This document shows positions 9,851-19,707 of a DNA stretch of 64,000 nt, in pieces; positions within the stretch are counted from its first letter, which is position 1; each line of letters starts with the position of its first letter. The DNA is taken from positions 64,001 through 128,000 of the forward strand of contig CAVRCI010000008.1 in the NCBI GenBank assembly GCA_963719495.1. The letters run 5' to 3'. Position numbers and translations under genes: made by a program. Source of the stretch: an uncultured Verrucomicrobiae bacterium. GTDB taxonomy: Bacteria > Verrucomicrobiota > Verrucomicrobiia > Chthoniobacterales > JAATET01. The notes beneath the pieces are model-generated. The model saw only the letters and a list, made by a program, of their open reading frames with translations, had not been told where the DNA came from and made no database searches.

Positions 9851-10835
9851 AGGTTTGGTGGCGAGGGTGGCTGCGATCCTCTTCGGGATCGGTCGGTTGC
9901 GGGGTTCCGAATCCGGGGATTCTCAATCCCCGGCTACCGTTGGTGGGATCCCGTTCGGGATCGGCTCTCCGCTAATGAAGACTTTCAGATGGCGGTGATT
10001 GGGAGGGCTTTTTGAAAACGCCCGCTTCGCTCTGATCCTGAACGGATCGCGGCTGCGGAAGCCGGGGGTTGAAAACCGCCGGATCTTCCCCGGTTGAGCT
10101 GGCCGATCCCGACGGGATCGCAGCATTTCGTGCCAGGAGCTCCTTTCGGAGCGTGGGTGGACGTCGCTTGGAAGGCTGGTGTCGGGGCTGAAAATGGACT
10201 CGATCGCCAGCGTTCGCGGTGAGCCCACTTCACCGCCGTTGGCATTTTCCATGAGCCGTGTCCTCGTCGCGATGACCGATGCTATTCTGAAAAGCCTCGT
10301 CTGAGTTCGTTGATGCTTTTGCCCATTCGCTCGAGCTTCAAGATTGTTTCTCCGCTTTCATCGTTCAGAACTACCGAGCCCTCCGGCTTTAAAAGCGCGC
10401 CCTTCGAGAGATCAAGGAGGTGTCGCGCCAGGATTCCGTCGAGGGTCGCTTTGCCAAGTTGCTCGCCGGGGTCGAAAGGTTTGATCGTCCATCCCGACGA
10501 TCCTTCGGGCTTGATCGGGAAACTGATTGCGTAGGAGTGCGTCGGGATCCACAGAATCCCCGTTTTTCCAGCCGGATCGACTGAGAGAAATAGCGCGGAC
10601 TTTCCGTTTGATCGCCGAAAAAAGGTCGCGCGTCGGCCGGACCCGCGGGTGGAAAACTCTGGTCTTCGCCCGTTCGAATTCGTCGATCCCGAAGGCGACG
10701 GAGCACGGTCGCAATCCGTGAAATCGTTCGATTTTATAGAACAAAATTAAGTCATTCATCTATTGGAACTATGGATCGCGGTTTCCTATTCTGGGTGCGC
10801 AATCAGTCAATCAACTCAACTCTGACGACCCGCTC

Positions 10836-11798
10836 ATGGATTTTCTAACTTCTCTCTTCAACCCCGGCGTTCTCTTTTTCATTCTGGGGTTTGTCGCCGT
10901 GATCCTGAACTCGAACCTCGAGTTGCCGGAGCCCATCGTGAAATTCGTCAGCCTCTACCTGATGCTTTCCATCGGGTTCAAGGGCGGCGTCAGTCTGTCC
11001 GAGTCGTCGCTCTGGGGTGATGGCGTTCTCATGATTGGTATCGTGCTCGTGATGAGCGCGGTCGTGCCGATTTACGCTTACTACTTTTTCCGGAAGCGGC
11101 TGGGGATCGCGGACGCGGCGGCGATCGGGGCGACCTACGGTTCCAACAGCACGCTCACCTACATCACGGCGGCTGGTTTTCTGACGTCGATCGGGGTGGC
11201 TTACGAGGGTTACATGACGGTGGCGCTCGTCGTGATGGAGACGCCGGCCATCATTTTTGCGGTGGTGCTGGCGCAGGTCGCGATGAAGGGCGGGGCGAAA
11301 AAGCCGACCGGCCTCGTGATCCGTGAGGCGCTGACCGACGGGACGTTGCTGCTGATGGTCGGCAGCTTGGTGATCGGCTACGTGCTGAGCTTGATGGGAA
11401 CGGAGGAGTCGCCGCTGTCGACCTTCATCGGTGGGGACATGTTCACCGGGATGCTGGTTTTCTTCCTGCTCTACATGGGCATCGCGGTGGGGCGGAAGTT
11501 CAAGGAGATCGATTCGTTTTCGCCGGTGCTCGTGGTCTTCGCCATCGTGGCGCCGTTGCTGAACGCGGCGATTGCGATCTCGGCGTGCAAGTTTTTCGGG
11601 TTCGCGCACGGCGACTCGCTCCTGCTGACGATCCTTTGCGCTTCGTCGTCCTACATCGTGGCTCCGGCCATTTTGAAGGACACGTTGCCGGAGGCAAATC
11701 CGGCCAATTATCTGACGATGAGCATTGGAATCACCTTTCCGCTGAACATCGTGATCGGGATTCCGCTGTATTGGTGGGTGATCCAGAATTGGGTGTGA
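10836..11798 (+). CDS. sbtA: Sodium-dependent bicarbonate transporter family permease (SbtA/DUF897)
   Basis: 'LFFILG...SNLELPEPIVKFVSLYLMLSIGFKGG', 'AAAIGATYGSNS', 'ASSSYIVAPA', 'SIGITFPLNIVIGIPLY' SbtA-family motifs. Confidence 0.9.
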   Translation: MDFLTSLFNPGVLFFILGFVAVILNSNLELPEPIVKFVSLYLMLSIGFKGGVSLSESSLWGDGVLMIGIVLVMSAVVPIYAYYFFRKRLGIADAAAIGATYGSNSTLTYITAAGFLTSIGVAYEGYMTVALVVMETPAIIFAVVLAQVAMKGGAKKPTGLVIREALTDGTLLLMVGSLVIGYVLSLMGTEESPLSTFIGGDMFTGMLVFFLLYMGIAVGRKFKEIDSFSPVLVVFAIVAPLLNAAIAISACKFFGFAHGDSLLLTILCASSSYIVAPAILKDTLPEANPANYLTMSIGITFPLNIVIGIPLYWWVIQNWV

Positions 11799-11871
11799 TC
11801 GGCGACAAGGCGGTTTGGTCGTTCGTGAGGAATCAGGTGGACGCTCGCGCGGAACGCTTTAGCTTCCGGGA

Positions 11872-13332
11872 ATGCGTTTCCCGACAGTCGCCTTCATCCC
11901 GTTCTCCATCGCCGTAATTTTTGCGACCCCCGTTCGAGCCGCGACGGACTTCCAGACCTTTCAGCCAGCGACGACGGTTCTCGGGCAGACCTACTTCACG
12001 AATATTTCCGACTCCGCCGGTCTTCCCAACCGATTCGATGAGCCGGAAGGCGTTGCCGTCGATCCCACAACGGGAAAGGTTTTCATTTCCGACGCGGGAA
12101 ACAATCGGGTCCTTCGGTTCTCGAGTGCGGCGGCTCTCCAGATTGGCGCTAATCCTGAAGCCGTCATTGGACAGCCCAACTTTTCGAGTTTTGCTGCCAA
12201 CCAAGCGGGCCCGGCGTCGGCCCAGACCATGAGCTTTCCGTTCGGCATCACGGTGGACTCCCAAGGCCGACTTTGGGTTGCGGACAATAACAATAACCGG
12301 GTGCTGGGGTTCTTCGTGGCGTCATCGCTCGGCAATAATCCACCGGCCGACGTCGTGCTTGGGCAGCCGGATGCGGCCACCGTCACCAGTGGGACGTCAC
12401 CGATCAAAATGAACGACCCAGCCGGGGTCTTCGTCGGGCCGAACGATGAGCTTTGGGTGGCGGACTCCAATAACGATCGCGTTTTGCGTTTCGACGCGGT
12501 GACGGGCAAGACAACGGGCGATCCCGCCGACGGAGTTCTGGGTCAGCTCGATTTCGTCACCAATGGCGACGGAGTATCCGCGACAGAATTTAATGACCCG
12601 AATTCGCTTTTTGCCGATTCGGTAGGCCGACTTTGGGTGGCCGACACCTTCAACCACCGGGTCCTTCGCTTTGACGCCGCCGCCGGCAAGGTGAACGGTG
12701 CCGCGGCGGATGCCGTGGTGGGGCAACCCGACTTCGACACGAACGTATCCGGAACTTCGGCGCAAAAGTTCAGGACGACCTATGGAGTCTACTTCGACCC
12801 GCTCGGCAATCTGTGGGTGGGTGATTATAACAATGAGCGGGTCCTGCGATTCCCGGATGCTCTGTCCATCACGACCGGGGGCACGGCTGACTTGGTGCTC
12901 GGGAAGCCGAACTTCGCCGCGTCGAGCGGGTTGGCCAGCGCTCGAACCTTCGGCGGTCCCAGCCAGATCGCACCGGGGTCGGGGGGCTCGCTGCTCGTGG
13001 TCGACTATGATTTCAATCGTGTGCTGCGCTTCGATCCCATCAACACGCCCAACGCGCCCGAGCCCGTCGCGCCGACGGCCGGCATCAGCGTTCTCGGGAA
13101 GAAAAAGGTCTTCACGTCGGCCAAGCGCATTCGAATCAAGGGTCGGGCGGACGATGCGGTCCGGATCGAGTTCAAGGCAGGCAAGGGCGGATTCAAGAAC
13201 GCCAAGGGCAACGTCCGCCGGTGGAAAGTCACCCTTCGCCTGAAGTCCAGGCGCACCGTTCTCAAGGTTCGCGCGGTCAATGCGGATGGCGTGGTGACGC
13301 GACCGGAAAAGGTCGTGATTCTCCAGCGGTAG
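11872..13332 (+). CDS. Secreted NHL-repeat protein with basic C-terminal Ig-like domain
   Basis: Signal peptide; six 'P.G...D..G.LWVAD..N.RVLRF...A..VLGQPDF' NHL repeats; Lys/Arg-rich C-terminal domain. Confidence 0.88.
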   Translation: MRFPTVAFIPFSIAVIFATPVRAATDFQTFQPATTVLGQTYFTNISDSAGLPNRFDEPEGVAVDPTTGKVFISDAGNNRVLRFSSAAALQIGANPEAVIGQPNFSSFAANQAGPASAQTMSFPFGITVDSQGRLWVADNNNNRVLGFFVASSLGNNPPADVVLGQPDAATVTSGTSPIKMNDPAGVFVGPNDELWVADSNNDRVLRFDAVTGKTTGDPADGVLGQLDFVTNGDGVSATEFNDPNSLFADSVGRLWVADTFNHRVLRFDAAAGKVNGAAADAVVGQPDFDTNVSGTSAQKFRTTYGVYFDPLGNLWVGDYNNERVLRFPDALSITTGGTADLVLGKPNFAASSGLASARTFGGPSQIAPGSGGSLLVVDYDFNRVLRFDPINTPNAPEPVAPTAGISVLGKKKVFTSAKRIRIKGRADDAVRIEFKAGKGGFKNAKGNVRRWKVTLRLKSRRTVLKVRAVNADGVVTRPEKVVILQR

Positions 13333-13452
13333 CCGGATTCGTCGCGTGTCTCGGTCCTGGCAGTAGGGGATTTCCCGATCTTGCCCGGGCGGGCCGATTT
13401 TTACGGATGAGCGCTTGGTGAAAACATTGGTTTCCTGATACACACCTCCGCG

Positions 13453-16400
13453 ATGGCGGAGCTTGAAGACGATGCGGACCGGTTTGCGATCATTGGGATC
13501 GGGTGTCGGTTGCCGCCGAGTGGGAATTCTCTCGCCGCGTTCTGGCGCTTTTTGATGAAGGGCGGGAACGCGCTGAAGCCGATCAAGTCGGACCGGTGGG
13601 ATTGGCGGCAGTATTGGGACGGGGATCCGGCGCGGCCCGGGAAGAGTTACGCGCCGAAGGCGGCCTGGCTGGATCAGGACATCAAGCAATTCGATCCGGG
13701 GGTATTCGGGATTTCGCCGCGGGAGGCAGCGTGCCTGGATCCGCAGCAGCGGTTGCTGCTGGAGTCGACGTGGGAGGCGTTCGAGGACGCGGGATTGCCG
13801 GTCGAGCGGATGGCGGGGTCGCGGACGGGGGTGTTCATCGGGGGATTTTGTCTCGACCACCTTTTGTCGCAGACGAAGGCGGCGAATCTGGCGCTGGTGG
13901 ACGCGCATTCGCCGGGTGGCGTGATGATGACGGTGCTGTCGAACCGGATCTCGCACGCGTTCGATCTGCGGGGGCCGAGTCTCACCCTGGACACGGCGTG
14001 TTCGTCGTCGTTGGTGGCGATTCATTACGCGTGTCAGAGCCTGCGGAGCGGCGAATCGGAGTTGGCGCTGGCGGGTGGGGTGAACGTGATGGGGCGGCCG
14101 GAATTCCCGGTGATCATGAGTAAGGGGCACTTCCTTTCCCACCACGGGGAGTGCCATGCCTTCGACGAATCGGCGGCGGGCTACGCGCGAGGCGAGGGGG
14201 CGGGGGTGTTTCTGATCAAGCCGTTGGCGAAGGCGCGGGCGGATGGTGATACGATTCACGCGGTGATCCGCGGGTCGGGGGTGAACTCCGACGGGCGGAC
14301 GGAGGGGCTTTCGCTGCCCAACGGCGACGCGCAGGGGCGGCTCATTCGGGAGGTTTACGAGCGGGCCGGGGTCGCGCCGAAGGACGTGGATTACGTCGAG
14401 GCGCACGGGACGGGGACGCAGGCGGGGGATCCGGCGGAGTTGGCAGCTCTGAACGCGAATTTTGGCACCGGGCGGGAAAGTCCGCTTTGGGTCGGGTCGG
14501 TGAAGACGAACGTGGGGCACCTCGAAGCGGCGGCGGGCGTGGCGGGGATGATGAAGGCGATCGGGGTGCTGAAATATCGGAAGATTCCGAAGAACCTTCA
14601 TTTCGAAAACCCGAATCCGAAGATCCCGTTCGACGATTACGCGCTGACGGTGGTCGCGGCGACGACGGACCTGCCGGGTGCGGACGAGAAGGCGACCTTG
14701 TTCGCGGGCGTGAACGGGTTTGGTTACGGGGGGACGAACGCGCACGTGTTGCTCGAATCGGCTCCGGCGGCGGTGGTGGCCGCGACGAATGGGGCGGCGG
14801 CGGAGGGCTTGCGGGTGGTGCCGTTCTCGGCGGCGGACGAGGGGGCGCTGCGGGATCTCGCGGGGAAGTTTGCGTTTTTGCTGGGCGGGGCGAAGGCGGG
14901 GTCGATGGACGATCTGGCTTACACGACGGCGTTTCGACGGAGCCATTTGCCGGTGCGGTGCGCGGCGGTTTGCGACGGCTTGGGGGCGTTGCGGGATCAG
15001 CTGATCGCGGCGTCGACCGGGCAGCCGGCGGACGGGCTGGTGATCGGATCGCGGGTGGCCGGGGCGGAGCGCGGGCTGGTTTTTGTTTTTACCGGGATGG
15101 GACCGCAGTGGTGGGCGATGGGGCAGGAGCTGATGCGGACGGAGCCGATCGTGGCGGCCACGGTCGACGAGGTGGACGCGGTGTTTCAGCCGCTCGCGGG
15201 GTGGTCGCTCGAGGCCGCGATGCTGGCGGGCGAGGCCGAGTCGCGGATGGCCCACACGGACCTGGCGCAGCCGGCGAATTTCGCGCTGCAGGTCGGGCTC
15301 TTTCGACTGTGGGAATCGCGGGGCATTCGGCCGGCGGCGGTGGTCGGTCACAGCGTCGGCGAGGTGTCGGCGGCTTACGTGGCGGGGGTTTACTCGATGG
15401 AGGAGGCCGTGCTGGTGAGCTATCACCGCAGTCGGCTGCAGCAGACGACGGCGGGGCTGGGGGCGATGCTGGCGGTCGGGTGTTCGGAGGACGAGGCGAA
15501 CAGCTGGATCGGGGATCGCGGCGGCGTTGCGGTGGCGGCGATCAATAGTTTTGGCGCGGTGACGCTGTCGGGGGATCGGGCGGAGTTGGAGACGATCGCG
15601 GCGGAGCTGGAAGCGGCGGGGATTTTCAACAAATTTTTACGCGTCGAGGTGGCGTATCACAGTCCGCAGATGGATCCGATCGAGGCGGAGCTGCTCGAGG
15701 TGCTCGCGCCGCTGAATCCGAAGCCGGCGACGCTGCCGCTCTATTCGACGGCGTATGGCGAGATCGTGGACGCGTCGCGGTGGGGCGCGGATTACTGGTG
15801 GCGGAACGTGCGGCACGCGGTGCGGTTCGCGGATGCGGCGAAGGGTTTGCTCGAAGCCGGGTTTGGGGCGTTTCTCGAGGTTGGGCCGCATCCGGTGCTC
15901 GGGAATGCGATCAAGGAATGCGCGGCGACGCTGGGTCGCGAGGCGACGGTGTTTTATTCGCTCAAACGCAAGGAGCACGAGGCGCGGCGGATGGCTCTTT
16001 CTCTGGCGGAGCTTTACGTGGCGGGGTTCGATCCCGACTGGAGCGCGGTCGCGCCGACGCACGGGCGGATGACGGCGGTGCCGACGTATCCTTGGAAACG
16101 GCAGACGCACTGGCTGGAGTCGGAGCGCTCGTTGCTGGAGCGGGTGGGTCGGAAGGGGCCGGTCTATCTGAATCGGCCGGTGCAGGGGAATCCGACGACG
16201 TGGGAGGTCGAAATCAACCGGAATTTCTTCCCGTTTCTCTTCGACCACGGCGTGCAGGATCAGACGGTTTTCGCGGGGATGGGATACGTCGAGGCGGCGC
16301 TGACGCTGGGCCGGGAGTGCCGGGGCGGCGAGGCGTTCATCCTGGAAAACGTGAGCTTCGAGCGCGTGCTGATCGTGGACAAGATGAAGATCCAGTGTCT

Positions 16401-19400
16401 GGTCAGTTCGTTCGACGCCGAGGGCGGGCGGTTTGCGATTTCCAGCCGGACGGACGGAGAAGCGGCGAGCATGGAGCTGCATTGCCGGGGGCGGATCCTG
16501 CCGCAAGCCGAGCCCATCGTGCCGCGGATCGACCTCGACAAATGGCGGGAGCGGTGCGGCGACGAGGTCGCGATTGCGACGCTTTACGAACATTTGGGCG
16601 GGCGGGGGCTGGAATACGGCGAGGCGTTTCGACCGGCGCTCGCGATGACGGTGGGGCCGGAGCGGTTCGTGATGAAGATCGACTCGGGCCGGGTCGCAAA
16701 GGAGACGGACCATTTGTTGCACCCGTCACTGTTCGACGCGGCCCTACAGGCGGTGCTTTACCGGGCGGGCGGAAAGCACCTTTTCGTGCCGTCGGGGTTC
16801 GAGCGGTTCGAGTATTTTGGGCGGCCGGGTGGCGACGTCTGCTTCGCCGTCGGGGAGCTGGTGGAAACGAGCGCGACGCGGATCGTGGCGCACGCGTGGC
16901 TGACCGACGAGGCCGGGAACGTCGTGGCACACGCGCACGGGATCGCGTTGCAGTCGATCGAGATGGGGGGCGCGGAGGCGGCGGGGGATCCGGTCTACGA
17001 GCTGGGGTGGAAAGTCGCGCCGCGCGATGCCGTGGAGGTGGGTCGGGGCGAGGGGATGGTGTTGGTCGCGGCGGTGGCGGGTGGTCTGATTGACGCGGTG
17101 GCGGAGCGGTTGCCGGAGGCGTGGGTTCGCGACGCCGGGTCGGTGGACGAGGCGTTGGCGGCGGGACGGAAGCGGTTCGTGGTTTTTGGCGGGAGCGACG
17201 AGACGGCGACGGGGCTGGCGGACGAGGCGGAGGCGGCGATCGAGTTGCTGCGGGCGCTCGCGGTTTCGGGTGTGGCTTGTGAGGTGACGTTCGCGACCGT
17301 GCGGGCGCGGGAGGTCGTCGATGGCGAGGGCGTTGCGAACCTGGGCGGGAGCGCGTTGGCGGCGCTGGGGATGGTGGCGGAGAACGAACACGCCGCGCTG
17401 ACGTGCCGTTCGGTCGATCTAGCGGACGCGGGGCCGGACGCGGCGGATTGTCTGGCGCGGGAGCTCGCGCTGGGTGGCGCGGACGTCGCTTATCGCGACG
17501 GGCAACGGTGGGAGTGCGCGCTGGGCGGGCGGCGATTCGAGGCGGCACCGGTGGCGCTGCGGTCGGTGAGTCTCGACGAGCCGGTGACGCTCACTTTCGA
17601 CGCGAAGGGGAAGTCGGGGTCGCTGGGATTCGAGTCGGTCGAGCGGCGGGAGCCGGGGGCGGGCGAACTGGAAATTCGAATCCAGCGGGCGGCGCTCAAT
17701 TACAAGGATCTGCTCAAGGTCGAAGGGAAGATCGATCCACTGGCGCTGGAGGGAACGTTCTGGGGGACGGGCGTGGGGATGGAGTGCGCGGGGGTCGTGA
17801 CGCGGGTGGGGGCGGAGAGCGCGTTTGCGGTGGGGGACCGCGTGCTCACGATTTTGCCGGGCGCGTTTCGGAGTTACGCCACGGTTCCGGCGACCTACGT
17901 GGTGCGGATTCCGGACGGGCTGGATTGCGATCTCGCGGGGGTATCGGTGGTTTACCTCACAGCTTACCGGGGGCTCGTGGACGTCGCGGGATTGGCCGCC
18001 GGGGAGCGGGTGCTCATTCATCACGGGACCGGCGGGCTGGGGCTGGCGGCGATCGGGATCGCGAAGTGGCGGGGCGCGGAGATTTTTGCGACGGCGGGCT
18101 CGGACGAGAAGCGGGCGATGCTGCGGGAACTCGGGGTGAAGCACGTGTATTCATCGCGGACGCTGGACTTCGGCGCGCGAATTCGCGCCGATACCGGCGG
18201 GGAGGGGGTCGACGTCGTGCTGAGCGCGCAGACGGGGCAGGCGATGCACGTGAGCCTCGGGTTGCTGCGGACGGGCGGGCGTTTTGTCGAGGTGGGCAAG
18301 AAGGACATCGCCGAGGACAACGGCCTGCCGATGCGGGCGTTCAATCGCAACCTGACGTTCGCGTCGGTGGACGTCGATCGGCTGTCGCTGGAGCGTCCGG
18401 ACTTGATGAGCGCGACGCTGCGGAAGGTGGTGGATCACTTTGCCGCCGGGGATTTTTCGCAGGGCTCGGTGACGACTTTTGCGGCGGCGGACGTGCGCGA
18501 CGCCTTCGAGTTGATCGCGCGCAGTCGGCACGTCGGAAAGGTGCTCGTCGATCTGGAAAACGGATCGGTCGAGGCGCGGGAATCGGCGGGCGAATCGCCG
18601 ATGATCCGGGCGGACGGGAGCTATCTCATCACCGGCGGAACGTCGGGATTCGGGCTGGCGAGGGCTCGGTGGATGGCGGCGCGAGGCGCGGGGCGGCTGG
18701 TGCTCGCAAGCCGTTCGGGGGCGTCGGCGGCGGGGATGGACGCGGTCGTGGCGGAGCTGGAGGCGGCGGGATCGGTGGTGGACGTCGTGTCGGTGGACGT
18801 GACGGATGCGGGCGCGGTGGCGGAGCTGGTCGCACGGGCCGGGGTGGACGGGATGCCGCTGCGTGGGGTGGTGCATGGCGCGATGGTGCTGGACGACGTG
18901 ATGCTGGCCGACGTGACGCCGGAGCGGTTCCGGCGGGTGTTCGCGCCGAAGGCGGGCGGGGCGGTCAACCTGGCGGCGGCGCTCGATGGGGCGGCGGACG
19001 GATTGGATTTCGTCGTCTTCGATTCGTCGGTCTCGGCGATCGTGGGGAATGCGGGGCAGACGAGTTACGTCGTGGCGAACGCGCTGCTCGACGCGTTGGC
19101 GCGGCGTTTGCGGGCGCGGGGCGTGCCGGCGGTTTCGATCAATTGGGGCGCGTTGGCCGAGTCGGGCGTGGTGGCGCGGGACGGGCGGCTGGGCGACGTG
19201 CTGGCGGCGGGCGGGATCACGGGATTGACCGACGCGGAGGCGTTCGACGCGATGGAGAAGGCGGCGCGGTCGGGGCGGGCGCAGGTGGGGGCCTTCAAGG
19301 TGGATTGGAAACGTTGGGCGGTGGCGAATTCGCGCCGGGCGGAGGATCCGCGTTTCCGGGCGTTGGTCCGGCAGGCGCGGGATGGCGAGGGGGGGGACGC

Positions 19401-19689
19401 GGCGTCGGCGATCCGGTTGTCGCTCGAGGACGCCGCACCGGAGGCACGGGTGCGGGCGCTCGAGGAACACATGCGGGAAGTGCTCGCGAACGTGCTCAAA
19501 ATGGCGAAGGACGCGGTGCCGGTGAACCGGAAGCTCAACGAGATCGGCGTCGATTCGTTGATGGTGCTCGAGCTGGGGCTGGGGATTCGCGAGCGAATTG
19601 GCGTGGAATTTTCGGCCATGGAGTTTCTAAAGGGACCGACGCTGAAGGAGCTTTCGACGTTGGCCGAGGAGCGGCTCTGGCGGAATTAA
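13453..19689 (+). CDS. Single-module reducing type I polyketide synthase KS-AT-DH-ER-KR-ACP, no thioesterase
   Basis: KS DTACSSS, HGTGT, GHLEAAAG; AT GHSVG and VAYHS; DH DHGVQDQTVFAG and HPSLFDAALQ; ER LIHHGTGGLG; KR ITGGTSGFG, VLDD, GQTSYVVAN; ACP IGVDSL. Confidence 0.95.
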   Translation: MAELEDDADRFAIIGIGCRLPPSGNSLAAFWRFLMKGGNALKPIKSDRWDWRQYWDGDPARPGKSYAPKAAWLDQDIKQFDPGVFGISPREAACLDPQQRLLLESTWEAFEDAGLPVERMAGSRTGVFIGGFCLDHLLSQTKAANLALVDAHSPGGVMMTVLSNRISHAFDLRGPSLTLDTACSSSLVAIHYACQSLRSGESELALAGGVNVMGRPEFPVIMSKGHFLSHHGECHAFDESAAGYARGEGAGVFLIKPLAKARADGDTIHAVIRGSGVNSDGRTEGLSLPNGDAQGRLIREVYERAGVAPKDVDYVEAHGTGTQAGDPAELAALNANFGTGRESPLWVGSVKTNVGHLEAAAGVAGMMKAIGVLKYRKIPKNLHFENPNPKIPFDDYALTVVAATTDLPGADEKATLFAGVNGFGYGGTNAHVLLESAPAAVVAATNGAAAEGLRVVPFSAADEGALRDLAGKFAFLLGGAKAGSMDDLAYTTAFRRSHLPVRCAAVCDGLGALRDQLIAASTGQPADGLVIGSRVAGAERGLVFVFTGMGPQWWAMGQELMRTEPIVAATVDEVDAVFQPLAGWSLEAAMLAGEAESRMAHTDLAQPANFALQVGLFRLWESRGIRPAAVVGHSVGEVSAAYVAGVYSMEEAVLVSYHRSRLQQTTAGLGAMLAVGCSEDEANSWIGDRGGVAVAAINSFGAVTLSGDRAELETIAAELEAAGIFNKFLRVEVAYHSPQMDPIEAELLEVLAPLNPKPATLPLYSTAYGEIVDASRWGADYWWRNVRHAVRFADAAKGLLEAGFGAFLEVGPHPVLGNAIKECAATLGREATVFYSLKRKEHEARRMALSLAELYVAGFDPDWSAVAPTHGRMTAVPTYPWKRQTHWLESERSLLERVGRKGPVYLNRPVQGNPTTWEVEINRNFFPFLFDHGVQDQTVFAGMGYVEAALTLGRECRGGEAFILENVSFERVLIVDKMKIQCLVSSFDAEGGRFAISSRTDGEAASMELHCRGRILPQAEPIVPRIDLDKWRERCGDEVAIATLYEHLGGRGLEYGEAFRPALAMTVGPERFVMKIDSGRVAKETDHLLHPSLFDAALQAVLYRAGGKHLFVPSGFERFEYFGRPGGDVCFAVGELVETSATRIVAHAWLTDEAGNVVAHAHGIALQSIEMGGAEAAGDPVYELGWKVAPRDAVEVGRGEGMVLVAAVAGGLIDAVAERLPEAWVRDAGSVDEALAAGRKRFVVFGGSDETATGLADEAEAAIELLRALAVSGVACEVTFATVRAREVVDGEGVANLGGSALAALGMVAENEHAALTCRSVDLADAGPDAADCLARELALGGADVAYRDGQRWECALGGRRFEAAPVALRSVSLDEPVTLTFDAKGKSGSLGFESVERREPGAGELEIRIQRAALNYKDLLKVEGKIDPLALEGTFWGTGVGMECAGVVTRVGAESAFAVGDRVLTILPGAFRSYATVPATYVVRIPDGLDCDLAGVSVVYLTAYRGLVDVAGLAAGERVLIHHGTGGLGLAAIGIAKWRGAEIFATAGSDEKRAMLRELGVKHVYSSRTLDFGARIRADTGGEGVDVVLSAQTGQAMHVSLGLLRTGGRFVEVGKKDIAEDNGLPMRAFNRNLTFASVDVDRLSLERPDLMSATLRKVVDHFAAGDFSQGSVTTFAAADVRDAFELIARSRHVGKVLVDLENGSVEARESAGESPMIRADGSYLITGGTSGFGLARARWMAARGAGRLVLASRSGASAAGMDAVVAELEAAGSVVDVVSVDVTDAGAVAELVARAGVDGMPLRGVVHGAMVLDDVMLADVTPERFRRVFAPKAGGAVNLAAALDGAADGLDFVVFDSSVSAIVGNAGQTSYVVANALLDALARRLRARGVPAVSINWGALAESGVVARDGRLGDVLAAGGITGLTDAEAFDAMEKAARSGRAQVGAFKVDWKRWAVANSRRAEDPRFRALVRQARDGEGGDAASAIRLSLEDAAPEARVRALEEHMREVLANVLKMAKDAVPVNRKLNEIGVDSLMVLELGLGIRERIGVEFSAMEFLKGPTLKELSTLAEERLWRN

Positions 19690-19707
19690 TTTCAAACAAC
19701 ACGACTC

